A stretch of DNA of 56,324 nt, the filler included, from Sphacelaria rigidula (Eukaryota): assembly GCA_964200075.2 (NCBI GenBank). It is 7 parts of 7 records of this genome, joined end to end, with 100 filler letters (N's around TTAATTAATTAA, not from the genome) between each part and the next. Parts side by side here need not be neighbours in the genome. Positions count along the whole stretch, not along the records: positions 1 to 7,961 come from CAXNAA020012828.1; positions 8,062 to 16,022 come from CAXNAA020012829.1; 5 more parts are not named here. The stretch is one strand, 5' to 3'. The notes under the pieces are model-generated. The model did not search any database, had not been told where the DNA came from, and saw only the letters and a program-made list of their open reading frames with translations. Shown one piece after another: positions 1 through 11,387 of the stretch. Made by a program: the position numbers and the translations under genes. Positions within the stretch are counted from its first letter, which is position 1, and each line of letters begins with the position of its first letter.

Positions 1-3000
1 CCTCAACAGATCACATCAAGAGCTAGACAGCAAGGGTCCACACCGAAAAGGACCATCAATCCAGGATCCCCTGTCCCCTGCCACTGCTCCAATCATGCAT
101 GCGTTTGTACTGAAACCGTACGGCTTGGTATCATTTGGCTACAGCACCCCCGAAGCGAGTTCAAGACAAACGAACGAGCTTGACAACATACAAAAGCCAA
201 GGCCGAATCGCATGCGCCAGATCAGAAACAAATACCATACTCCGACGCTGATTTACTCGTCAGCACCCGAGTCAACCGCATTTTACGCAGTTCCTTCGAA
301 ACAAATTCAGGCGCAGAAGAATGAATCTCGCGAAGAGACCCACCCCCACGTACGTTCTCTCCAGCACCGAACCCTTCCCAATCGACCAAAACAATGACAT
401 CACAATTTATCATCCTCAGCGACGTGCACCGAAGCATTCATCCGACATTCACCTTGAGCATACGAATGCTGAAATACGCCTTTCAGTTCCGCAGGGATAT
501 GCAACCGCGAGTCAGCATAGAAACGCAAACGAGCGACATGGGCCGAGTGCACTGCACCAGAAACAATGTTCTGCACCGATTACACGTGAGCGCGATCGGC
601 TCCGACCACTCGCCACGGACCTGTCTATGTCGACATCAACTTGGGCGTCACACCTTGCCTACGAACACGGGCATACAATACATACGGAGTTTCCAACTGC
701 AAACTTGGGCAACACAGCCCGGCTCTGAGCGAGCTTGCGTCTGGTTTCGCGAGACACCGCGACAGCAGCTTGCACTTCGTTACAAAACCGCACTTGCTCG
801 TCAACCACGCCTCGGACCTTGTCACGCAACGTATCAGCATCCATCCATGACATCAGCGTTCGACTCGCCGCCAGTGACAGAAGCCAGCGCGGAAAACGCT
901 GTACGCGGCGCACGCCCAAACATCACACGATACGGAGTGTTACGGTAGCGTTCACGAAAAGAAGTATTCAGCGCCCACTGAGCGTCTCGCAAAACCTCAA
1001 CCCACTCAGAGACCGCCCGTCTTTGTTCTGACAAAACGGACCGCAACGCACGAACAACCTCTTTCACCATGCGTTCACAAGCACCAGCCGACCGCATGTG
1101 AGCGCACACCATCAAGCGAGTTCGTAAAGCCTTATCATCCGACGCAATCAACAAAACATCACTACTGCCAACACGCACGCGAAACAAACCATCGTCAGCC
1201 AAAGTAGCTGGACCGAAAGTCGTAGGAAAAGAATGAACACCGTCGCCGACTGAATGACATCTAACGAGGGCAGCAAATCATCGGCACCACACGGGCTGGA
1301 CACGGCAACAGAACAAACAGGCACGGTAGAAACCTTCACCAAGCGAGATGACAACTCCCCTCAAAACATGTGCTCCCCAGGAATGTGTTCACTGACATAC
1401 GGATATTCTTGTTGAGCTCCCAGCAACTCCCGCATGTCGTCTTGGCTTAGCATCGCCCCCGGAGACTGTTCCACTTGCGCGTTCACCTCCTGATACTCGC
1501 TGACCAAACGGACTGTGTCCCTCTTCGGCACCACCATCGCCGGACTCACCGACACAGCCTGAATATTCCTAATAAAAAAACCAAATGCCACTAAAACTGC
1601 GATGCATGAAGCAAGCCACACGATCTTCACCGGATCGCAGCGGCGAGGCTTGGCCTTCACAGCCTCCTTCATTGGCTCCACGCGCGCTGGCAGATCACCA
1701 CGCAGGGCACGACGAAATGTATCTACGCGACGAGCCAAATTATTGCGCAGACAATGTGAGCCATGGCGCTCAGGCCCTTCTGCTCGGCCTGCCGCACACT
1801 ATCGTCAAGCGCACATTCTCTTGAACCTCTCTCCTCTGCTGGGTCCATGAACATATCCGGCCCCCGATCGACCAAGCGCTCCACCGCTTCATCAGCAGGA
1901 GCCTCCTCCTCCTCCTCATTGGCGCTCTGGAATTACCGTATGGAGACCATCACACGCCTTGCAGCAAGACAGCTGAGTTTTTCCAGTCCGGTTTGCACCG
2001 GCACAGCAAGCAAATGTAACTTCTCCAACGCCAGCGGGTACAGATCAATCCCAAGCTCCTTTATTATCGCCATCCCAAAAATAATCACGTTGTCTCTACA
2101 GGACATGACAGCGAAAGTAATGGGCTGCAGCTGCACAGCCCCCCACGGCGTACGCACGCTAACGGTAGTTGGCACCGTTTTGTTTGTAACCGTTCTCGGG
2201 ATCACCCGTTGCGGTCTGTACCGTTTGCGGTCCGTTTTCGAACGGAAGCTAAAGCTGAGCGCCGCCAAACTGCGAAAACATCTGTTCCAGCAACCCCACG
2301 CCGATCGACGGGAGCGCGGACCCAGAATCCAGAATCACGCGGGCCATGAACGAACCTACAGAACCAGGCAAGGCTAAATCTGCGCGTAAACACTCAGCCT
2401 TGCGATCGACAGGTACCACGCCTGCCGAAGAACCCTGTTCGCCAGGGCTGCGCTCCAGCGCTTGGCATCGATAGCTGCGAATCGTCGGTCCAACCAGACC
2501 ACGTCGCCGAATATGCAGACGGCGCTGTTACAGCCGTCGCAGCCGTAGGAGATGCACCAGACACGGATCCTGCCTGGCCGATGGGTTGCGAGCTATTCGC
2601 TCCAGCACTCCCAACCGAAGTAGTTACATATCCCACGTACACTGCCCGCCCCGCTACGGACGAACCATAAGATACAGAGTCACCACCTGATGACGTAGTG
2701 GAAGAAAAAGCAGCGGAGGAACCACCATCCGCCGCCGATTGCTTGCTACCGCGGCCGCCGCGCCCACGTCCCTGATTGGCACGCCCCCGTCCACCGTGAC
2801 GACCGCCCCGAGATCCTGATAAATCTCGTGCATCGCCCTGTGCCGCGCCTTGAGCGCGAGGCTTGGGGCAGTCCTTGATCATATGTCTGGTGTCGCTCCA
2901 GTTGTAACACACGCGAGTGGTCGACTCTCGCCAAGGCTGCTGCTGGTTCTGTTGCTGTTGGTGTTTGCGGCGCATACCACCTGCACTTGTTGCGGAGTCG

Positions 3001-4044
3001 CGCTAGCCATGTGCTTCAATGAACTTCCACTGGTCGGCCGCCTCAAATAATGTTTTGAACACCACCGTCGGGTTCTTTTTCCAGCCGTCAACATACGTTA
3101 GTACGTTTCTCACATACACCTTGAATTCCGGAGGCGACATCCCGTCCACCAAAGCTATGGAAACCGACTCGGCCGGGCCAGGCAACCAACTCCTGTCCTC
3201 CGCCCGGTACATGGTTCGCACCATCAGGTTCTGTGCAAAAAACCGTTCCATATCTGAACTAATCTTCATAGCACGATCCTTCACGGACCTTCAATCGGTT
3301 TGCTTCATCGTAGGTACCCTACGCAGGTCTGCTGCAGCCCCCGTAGCGTCATGCTTTCCACCGGTTGTGGTATATCCGACATGCTGCTTCACAGCTTCAA
3401 GCAATTCATCGGGGATCATAGCCCGACCGTCCTTGTACATGTCTTCGAAGCAGCGGTGAATGTATACAGGAATGAGTTGCCCTATGCTTACTCTCTCATG
3501 CCGTATAATCCCTTGTCCATTAGCAAGACTCAGACGCTGTATATATTCAAGGTATCTTGCGAAAAAAACGCGTATGCCTGCTCGGTCTATACTTCACCAT
3601 ACTTTGGCGGCTGTAGTGGCTCACCTCACACCAGCGACGCTGCCGCCGCTTGAGCCATGTCGTCTATGCTTCAAACACTTCACGGAAAGACTCTTGCCCG
3701 ACTTGTGCGTCCTCCAGCTCACGGAGCGCCCCCCTCTGCTGTGCGCTTCAAGCTGGTCTCCTCCTGTCTGCGGGCTAAACTGGCTTGAGCTGCTGCCCAC
3801 TTTCCTCCTCAGCCAAAACTCCTCTGGGAGAGTGCCGGAAACAAATTAGCTAGATATTATACGAGTAGCCTCTCCCAGACGATCTGGACAAGAGGACTAT
3901 CCACGAGGGACTCCTCCAGAAACACTGGCCTCGTGCTCGACATGTCCTTTCTTCTAACTTGTTCATATCACGGAGTGACCCTCAACAGACTACATTAAGA
4001 GCTAGACAGCAAGGGGCCACACAGATGAGGATCATCAATCAACA
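1..4044 (-). mobile_element. Degenerate, internally deleted Ty3/Gypsy (chromovirus-like) LTR retrotransposon
   Basis: Minus-strand order: Gag (~3660-2400, with zinc knuckle CYNWSDTRHMIKDC), protease (VILDSGSA at ~2340-2315), short RT start (1738-1400), integrase core (ERMVKEV...WALNTS...TPYRVMFGRAP, 1202-834) and chromodomain (VLVDWEGF, 437-222). The LTR segment at 1-61 recurs at ~3980-4040. A polypurine tract (GGCAGGGGACAGGGGA on the minus strand) lies at ~67-82. Many stops and frameshifts. Confidence 0.9.
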
Positions 4045-4815
4045 GCGGATCCTAATTTGTGGGGTTGAACTAAAAAATGAGCTTCAACCCGCAAACCGCT
4101 TTCGTTGGGAAAATACCAAACAGTAACACAGAAGGACAGTCTTTCCCCCCAAAACCCCGCAGGAGGAGTTGGGCAGTTCGGGCTAGGTGCACCCAACGAC
4201 CGCGGTGTACACGCGTGTCGATGGCGATATCACCAGAGAGAGGAGCAACGACAGAGAGGAAGCTCCTCACTCGTGTCCTTTGTGTGTCCTCCTCGCTTGG
4301 CGATTACCAATCGCTCGAGAGACTGGCATCATCGATGTTACCAGCATGTACCCAATTTTCCATGTAGTACCTGAAGACCGAGCTGCGGAGAGATTTCGTC
4401 TCTTCGTCTTGCCTGAGCACGTCACCGATGCGAAGATCAATTTCTCTCCGGCTCTCTTTTTGGACAGCACGCGCCTCTGTGCGCTGAAAATCATGTTGTT
4501 GAAAAACAGGGCAATACTCCCGTTACCGCTAATACTGTTCTCTGTCACACACATGCTGGCAAGGACGGTACTAGGGCAAAGCCAGATAGATCCAGTATGA
4601 ACTTAGGGGGTGTTATTCATCGTCGAATTTCCCCCACCTCCCCCGGCTTGACCACACGCCAGTTAGGGGGAGTGCACGAGAACTTGTGAAGACCTTCTTG
4701 ACATGCAGAGTGAAAAACGATACCTATGGTGGTGATCTAACTGTTGCTAGCGTCATGCAGAGGGGTGCGTCCGCTGCGATCTGGTGCTTTCGTTGATCTA
4801 CTCTACTGACTGCCT
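4041..4815 (+). repeat. Dispersed repeat family C (starts AACAGCGGATCCT), probable non-autonomous transposon
   Basis: Collinear with 17372-~18345 (+), 40306-40440 (-) and ~41800-42232 (-). The three copies that retain the end all begin AACAGCGGATCC. Confidence 0.75.
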
Positions 4816-5180
4816 TGTCACGGACAAACGGTATAGTAGCCCCTCTGGCTTGTCCGTGCACTAGTTCGTTCCTACTACTGTCTCAATTGTTATGGTTACC
4901 ATGATCGCTACTCAAGCACTGTGTGATGACGGATGTTCACAAGACGGGGCATAAAGTGAAATTTCCTACTTCAACCAAACATGCGGCATATTCATCCATG
5001 TGCACTACAGTATGCAGTGATTTGTACATGGTCGCTCACCATTTATCGCAGGGCAAAACGCTTTTCCAGCACAAGGGATGATCAGTTTACTGAAGGACAG
5101 CTCATCCTGAATGTCAGGGTGTCTTGTTCACAGCTTCAGGCGATGGTATTTCTCTTCTGCACTGGTGGTTTTGAATCTCA

Positions 5181-5951
5181 TGTCTCAGGCCACTTCGTTC
5201 CCTTCCATCAGAGTAAAAACCAGGGGGCCGGCATTCACTGATTCTGAAAGAACCGAGTTCAAGTCGGATGTAAAAAGGCATGTTTATGTAACCGTCTTCG
5301 TACGGGCTCAAACATCTTCCCCCCTGACTGCGGCACATTGCCAGTTCCCGCGGTCAGCCCTCCGGGACTTTTCCATCAGATTAGATGGGCCCATCATTGT
5401 ACTGCCCTTCCTCCATGTATGCCGCGATCCATAACACCCCCCGTCAGGCCTAGGGTTGACAAACCTTGGGGCTAAACGTGGTTCGGCGATGGATCGCCGT
5501 GTCACCACCTCCCTCGTCCTCGAGTATTCGGCGTTGATTTCGTGTAGCCGTCGATCTCAGTCCGTTTTGCCGAGTTAGACCGGGAATTTAAACACCGTGC
5601 AAAACAATCTCAAACAGTCTCGGCAACTCCCGCTCTTGTAGATCTCTCTGCCGGGTTAGACCACGTAGGGAATTTGAACACCGTACAGAAACGATCCCAT
5701 CCAGTCCGGAGAAGTCCTTGACCTGTTGACCGCTCTGCTGGGTTAGACCACGTAGGGAATTTGAACCCCGTACAGAAACGATCCCATCCAGTCCGGAGAA
5801 GTCCTTGATTTTGTTGACCGCTCTGGGCTGTCCGTAAACCGTTTGCGAATCTTAGTACATCGGGGAATTTACCGCGCAATTTGAGCCCCTTTCTGCTCGA
5901 GATGGTGTATCAGATAGACGTGGCCTGGTCTGCGGTTGATATCATTCCCAC
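5181..5951 (-). mobile_element. Probable solo LTR related to the LTR at 16864-17375
   Basis: The reverse complement aligns with 16864-17370 (e.g. AAAGTCCC.GAGGGCTGAC.GCGGGAA.TGGCA.TGTGCCGCAGTCAGGGG). It contains ~80-bp internal tandem units at 5570-5820. TG/CA ends are plausible, but the right boundary is approximate and no TSD was found. Confidence 0.7.
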
Positions 5952-6654
5952 AAGGTATGAAACACATCCAACTGTAACGCAATAAAACTGTCAAAATCCT
6001 CTCCTCTGAAAGCCAGTGTGGCTCAGCTCCGTCGTGAAACAACCGTTGATGTTCTCACACTCTCGACAATTCTGGGCCCAACACTGCTTCCCTATCCATC
6101 AGAGTATATAGTAGAGGTGTGGACGTGATGTCCTCAGCCAACCCTAAATCTGCCCCCCCAAGCTAGCTAACAGACCTCGCCTGGAAATGGGTGCTGCACG
6201 GGAAGCTGTTGGACGGATCCCGCCGGGCAGAAGTGCTGGGCTCGAGGGTTCAAGGGGTTTCCACTCCTTTTTCACTGATTTGGGGTTAGCAATGTGACAA
6301 TGGACACGTTAAAACTGCACGCACGTGCCACATAGATGTAAAAACACCTATTGAAATAATTATGAATGATTCATTGCGGTGTACTACAATCTCCATGATT
6401 CATAAGTCACGAGGGTGGTGTCTGGAAGAAACATTCTCAGTCATCAACGGCGTGAGAAACGATGGAACCAGTAACATGAATAGCGGCGCTTCACCAGTAT
6501 AATAGCGAACAAAACAAATAAAGGGGAAGGAGAACGAAGGGAACAGCAATAAAATCGGAAAAAACAGGTTCACGCGTGTGCATTTGGCCAAGGTATCGCG
6601 TGTCGGGGACAGCCAGGTATAAGTTCATGGACTCCCAAGGGAATTCTGACTTCA

Positions 6655-6884
6655 TGTCAACCTGTTCGGACAGCATGGGAATTCCTGGATCTCTGTCAAC
6701 CTGTTCGCACGCACAAGGGAAACTCCTCGTCCCCTGTCAACCTGTTCGAAAACATATGGGAAATCCTGGCTCCCTGTCAACCTGTTCGAAAGCGTATGGG
6801 AAATCCTGGATCTCTGTCAACCTGTTCGAAAACATATGGGAAATCCTGGATCTCTGTCAACCTGTTCGAAAACACATGGTCTCC
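6655..6884. repeat. Minisatellite, ~6 x 40 bp (TGTCAACCTGTTCGAAAACATATGGGAAATCCTGGATCTC)
   Basis: Units start at ~6655, 6694, 6735, 6775, 6815 and 6855. Confidence 0.9.
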
Positions 6885-7200
6885 ACATCTTGAGCCTTCG
6901 TCCTCGCCCATTTTCCTGTATGCAATCAAATCCTGCTTGTTCGCTGTATGGTGCAAGCATATATATATATATATATATTTGGTTCATACAACTTTGTCGT
7001 TCATCCATTCGATGTCCGACTTGTATGTTGGCAACTTGCATAGTCTCCACGATGAACACACGAGTCGTTCATTACAAGCCAACAACTTTCATCAGATTAT
7101 TTCCGGTGTAAATCTCGGCAAAGGAATGTGTGAAACCCATGGACTCCCAAGACCAGAAGAATGTAGCCTTGCCCCCGGGACGATCATAGCGCGCAGGCAG

Positions 7201-7336
7201 GTAGACGGTCATCTTCGAATTGATTGTCGGAGCACGCGCATGTAAACGGTCATATTTGAATGGATTGTCAGAGCGTGCACAAGTAGACGGTCATCTTCGA
7301 ATTGATTGTCGGAGTGTGCACGCGTATAGACGGTCA
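7201..7336. repeat. Minisatellite, ~3.3 x 41 bp (GTAGACGGTCATCTTCGAATTGATTGTCGGAG...)
   Basis: Units start at 7201, 7242, 7283 and ~7324. Confidence 0.85.
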
Positions 7337-7961
7337 ACAGGAACTGACGGAGAATCCGCCTGGTGGCCTCATGCAAACACATTAGCATGCAGCTTCACTC
7401 ATAGCCGCTCAATCGTTGTGGATCTGGGTTGATTATCACACTCATGAGTAGCTACATAAAAATTGGCAGGGGGGCACCACAATAATGGTTGACGAGCAAC
7501 TGTTGTAGGCTTCATGCAGTCCTGTGATCCACCGCTGCGAGTAATATTGATCAAATAATGGTATTTCAGTAGTGCACCTGGAAACAAACATCCACATATT
7601 CACAGTCGAATGGTAAGCTAGAAGCACATGGTTGGGTTTGATCTCTTAGAATCGAAACAACTTCCCATAACTCTCCATTTGTTTTACGCAGGCATGGCTC
7701 GTATAATCTCTTTGAAAATATCTACCAAGGGCGCAAAAAATCAAACAGGGCGAGCCACGTAGAGGTTACATCCATTTTCCATGATAATAAAGCATTTCGA
7801 GCATTAATGATTTGCCCCCCCCTGACCAGGGGGTAGGGTAAATACCTCGTGTTTCGTTCATTCAAGCCTCGCAATTTCCGTTTACGGCTAATCAGCTTAC
7901 AACAGTGTTTTCGTGAGATTGAGAGTAGATGATACGATTGAGAGTGAAAAGCGGTCAATCA

Positions 7962-8061
7962 NNNNNNNNNNNNNNNNNNNNNNNNNNNNNNNNNNNNNNN
8001 NNNNNTTAATTAATTAANNNNNNNNNNNNNNNNNNNNNNNNNNNNNNNNNNNNNNNNNNNN
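7962..8061. other. Artificial contig linker N44-TTAATTAATTAA-N44
   Basis: The 12-mer has stop codons in all six frames. An identical linker occurs six times. Confidence 0.98.
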
Positions 8062-8225
8062 CCCCCCCCCCCTTCCCCTCCAATCTTATCATGACTCGAC
8101 GACGAATTCGTCTCAGTAAAATGCGCTGTAGTCCTCCCCATAGGAATGGTGCGCACGTCATCAGGCTGTTTGATACGAGTAGTATGGGTTTTTATTTCAG
8201 TTCACTGCAGGTGTCGATTCTCACC

Positions 8226-10373
8226 TATCGAGCTGGTCCTCATCTTGCTCGAAGGTCTTCCAGATTGAAGACAAGTTTGAGCTGGTAGCTCGTTCAGGAA
8301 GGATGAGGGAAACTTCGGCGATGTGACTTGGCACTGAGTGGGGAACACTAGGATTCCCCCATCGTTTGTGTCGTGTTTTATCCCAATGGCCGTCACCCGC
8401 CTTAGGAATTGGAGGAGGCGTTTGATCAGCGCACGTGGGTGAGGTGCGACGTGCACGTATATGAGACGGGCTCTCGAAGGTGTCACGATTATTTAGCCGA
8501 TTCATTCGCCTGTGTATGAAGTATCATCATGACAACAAGTGAGACAATGACCGCGTATGCCCTTACGTTAAACGTTCGGCGGAGCGACCTAGGCAGGTCT
8601 GGTTCCGAGTCGCTAGGCATCCACCTGTTTGACAAAGTTGGAACCACTTTGCTTGACAGACTGCAGCTCCGACGCAAGCTCCGCCAGCATCTGCAAGCAT
8701 GTATCACGCAAGGTTGGGTACACCATTTAACTGCAAATAGCGGCGGACTCATCAGTAGCAAAAGTCCAGAGCCACACTTGCAAGAACGCGGGCACCAGAG
8801 TAGCTTGACTGATTCCAGCACTATATCGCAGCAAGTTATACGGAAAATGATTGGCCACATACCCTCGTTAGCACGGTGATTAGTCACGACCACAGGTGCT
8901 CGAGATCAGACAGAGATCACATCGAAAGTAGTAGAACACTACCCAAGACCTCACACAGACAAGTCACAGCACAAACGATGAGACCAAGTCGGTGGACAGC
9001 ACCATGGCACGCAAGTTACGTCACCTGTTTGACACAACTTAGCCGATATACGTACTTCAGAACATCCATCGGGCGACCCAAGGTAGATTCTAGTTCATTC
9101 GAACTCTCATCAACCCACTATGCAGCCTCTGTTATTCCCCCCCGCAGACGCGACAAATGTAAGCATCGTGCGCTAACCGTGTTTCGCAGTGCGGACTTTG
9201 ACTGACCTTGCCGTGATCTTCGAGTTTTCGCAAAGCGAGTAGCACAGCTCTTTTGCTGGCGATGTCGCTGCTCTGGCAGTCGTTATGGTGGTCTCGGTAT
9301 TGCCCGTTCAGTCGCTGAACCCCGCCAGTACTGCCTTCGTCTGCAATGCCGCCGCTACCCTGATACCCAACGTCTTGGATACTTCCTCTTCGCCCTGTCA
9401 GCGGATTCAGTTGATTTGCATCCAATGGCCATGCTGCGCGGCAGTCAGAATCAACGTGGAAGTATCTCCCTTTGTCCCGCTGGACGTGTCCGTATGTTGG
9501 TGACGGCAATGCAGACGGCGCATCTCCAGCCCTCAAATTCTTGTCTCTGGCCCTGAGTTAGCCCCATAAGGGGGGGGGGGGGGGCGTACTCATTTGTTGC
9601 TTGCCTGAGTCGTTTGACCATTGACCACGCATCCCTTTCGAGACGGAGGGGGCACGGGTGAAAGCACCCAATGCCGTAAGCTTAGCGTCATCGAAATAGA
9701 TTATATTTTCCCTTGCGGCTCTTCACCTATTCAGGTACAACTAGTGGAGGTAGTACAACAGGTGTGCTGCCTTCAGTTTGTGCGGCAGGGTAAGGTGGTC
9801 AAGACCTGTTCATCTGCATCATGATAAAAGCACAGTGAAAGGCAGGTGATCGCGTAGATGAAGACTTGCGTTGTGTCCGTGCCGCGTGGACAGCATTGCT
9901 CGTAGTGCCGTACCTGCCGGCGGTCCTGGTCCGCTCGTAGGCGAGTGCTTTGAGAACCTGGACCCGGTCGGCGTCATCCTCGGCTTGCTTGGACTCGATT
10001 TCTCGGGCCTTACGAAGGCGCTTTTCCTCCACTTGCTCTAGAAGCGCCGCCTGCACAAAAGCCGTGTACCAGACGTTTTGATGCTGGAACATGACTTACC
10101 GGTATATGCAAGGTGCGAGATGGGAACATCGGAACCCTGTAATGAGTCATGGAACAAGACATTTGACGCGAGACGAGCAGCAAGGAGCATCCTCAGCGAC
10201 ATCGTGTATGCCTAGGGCCACCTGTAAATCCCGCCGCCCCTTCCTGCGGCGCTCGAGGTCCAACTTCTCCTCCGGCGGTAATCTGTCGACCCGGTACCGA
10301 TTGCGCGGAGATGCTTGTAGTGATGACAAAGCCTCTGCCCTTCGGTCGACACTCTGACTTGGGCATGCGGCGC
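8226..10373 (-). CDS. Partial multi-exon gene for a coiled-coil protein, CCDC66-like segment
   Basis: GT-AG exons with compatible phases: ~10373-10222, 10050-9914, 9552-9207 and 8690-8625. They join to give ...LERRRKGRRDLQ/AALLEQVEEKRLRKAREIESKQAEDD... A further exon at 8509-8226 ends in a strong AG/GTGAGA donor, but its phase does not join cleanly. The family call rests on motif resemblance only. Confidence 0.6.
9570..9648 (-). mobile_element. 5'-truncated 3' end of LINE family A with poly(C) tail (intronic)
   Basis: Matches 11388-11456. The minus strand ends ...GCAAGCAACAAATGAGTACG followed by C15. Confidence 0.85.
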
Positions 10374-10875
10374 CTACCTCAGCGGTCCGGTGTGTTGGAG
10401 ATAGGGGCGACCAATCATTTTTTGCGTGACCTATGACGACGGAAAGGGGGCAGCAGTGGCGTACACCTATATGTGATACGGTGCAGGACAAAGGTGCTTC
10501 TTCAACAGACACACCACGTTTTCCCTATGTGGAACAAAAGCGATCCACAGTGTCGAGGGAAGCAAGCTATTACGGAATCATGCCTAATGCTGTTTTTTGC
10601 GGGAGAGGGCTGGGATTCGTGCTTTCCCTATCACCCTTCGTAGAAACAGCACACGTGGCCAGAGGGTACCTTTTTCACAGGTAGTCGGAGGATGTTCTGG
10701 TTCACCTAAACTATCTATACTCTCAACCGTGGCTGCTATAAAATGGAAGTGCCTACTATCCTCGAACTATATCATGTGCACACCATAAGATCCTACTTTA
10801 CTACACTCACGCCAGGTACCCGTGGGTCAGATTGTTCAAAACTGCAACATGGGGAGACGGGGGGCGGGGGGAGAC

Positions 10876-11385
10876 GGGGGGGTTTTCTCATGATCTTGCA
10901 TGCCGTAGAATAAAATCATTGATCTCGTATTCTTACAAAGCCGGGACGGAGGACGCCGGGTTTTCGCCGGACCAGGCTCGCACTCAATCATCAAGCGCGA
11001 AGGGTCGTGTTGTGTTGGGCAAATCGCATGAAGGGTGCGCGCTACATCCTGCTAAGATTGTTCGGGCCGAAGTGTACTGATATCTTGCATATGGATGACA
11101 GCCTACCATGAGTTGCGTCATTTTCCGGTGTCGCCACTTCCACACACAGCCACGGGTCACACATCGCCTCATGAGTGTCTTATCATACAAACATCACGTA
11201 GTACGATCATTCCCTTTTGCGCGGAGTTCGGGTTCTTCACCCCGTACAACATGATCTTGCTCGACCACCATCAGTTACCGCAAAAAAAATGCAAGCGAAA
11301 AACTCCCCGGCAGCCCGGTTGCCTAGCTTACGCAGCGAGAGGCGTTTCATTGCGTTGTTGCCAACCGCCGCCAACCCTCAAAAGG
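10876..11385 (-). mobile_element. 3' portion of LINE family B with C-rich tail
   Basis: Homologous to 24184-24372 (+), 32245-32380 (-) and 40090-40205 (+). The minus strand ends ...GGCATGCAAGATCATGAGAAAA then C(n). The upstream boundary is approximate. Confidence 0.7.
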
Positions 11386-11387
11386 CA

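Noticed and set aside
6655..6884. CRISPR-like periodic repeat
   Set aside because: The sequence between the conserved cores is itself repeated, so there are no unique spacers. There are no cas genes and the context is eukaryotic.
8006..8017. TTAATTAATTAA palindrome recurring every ~8061 bp as a biological periodic signal
   Set aside because: It is always embedded in N44 flanks and is a synthetic six-frame-stop linker.
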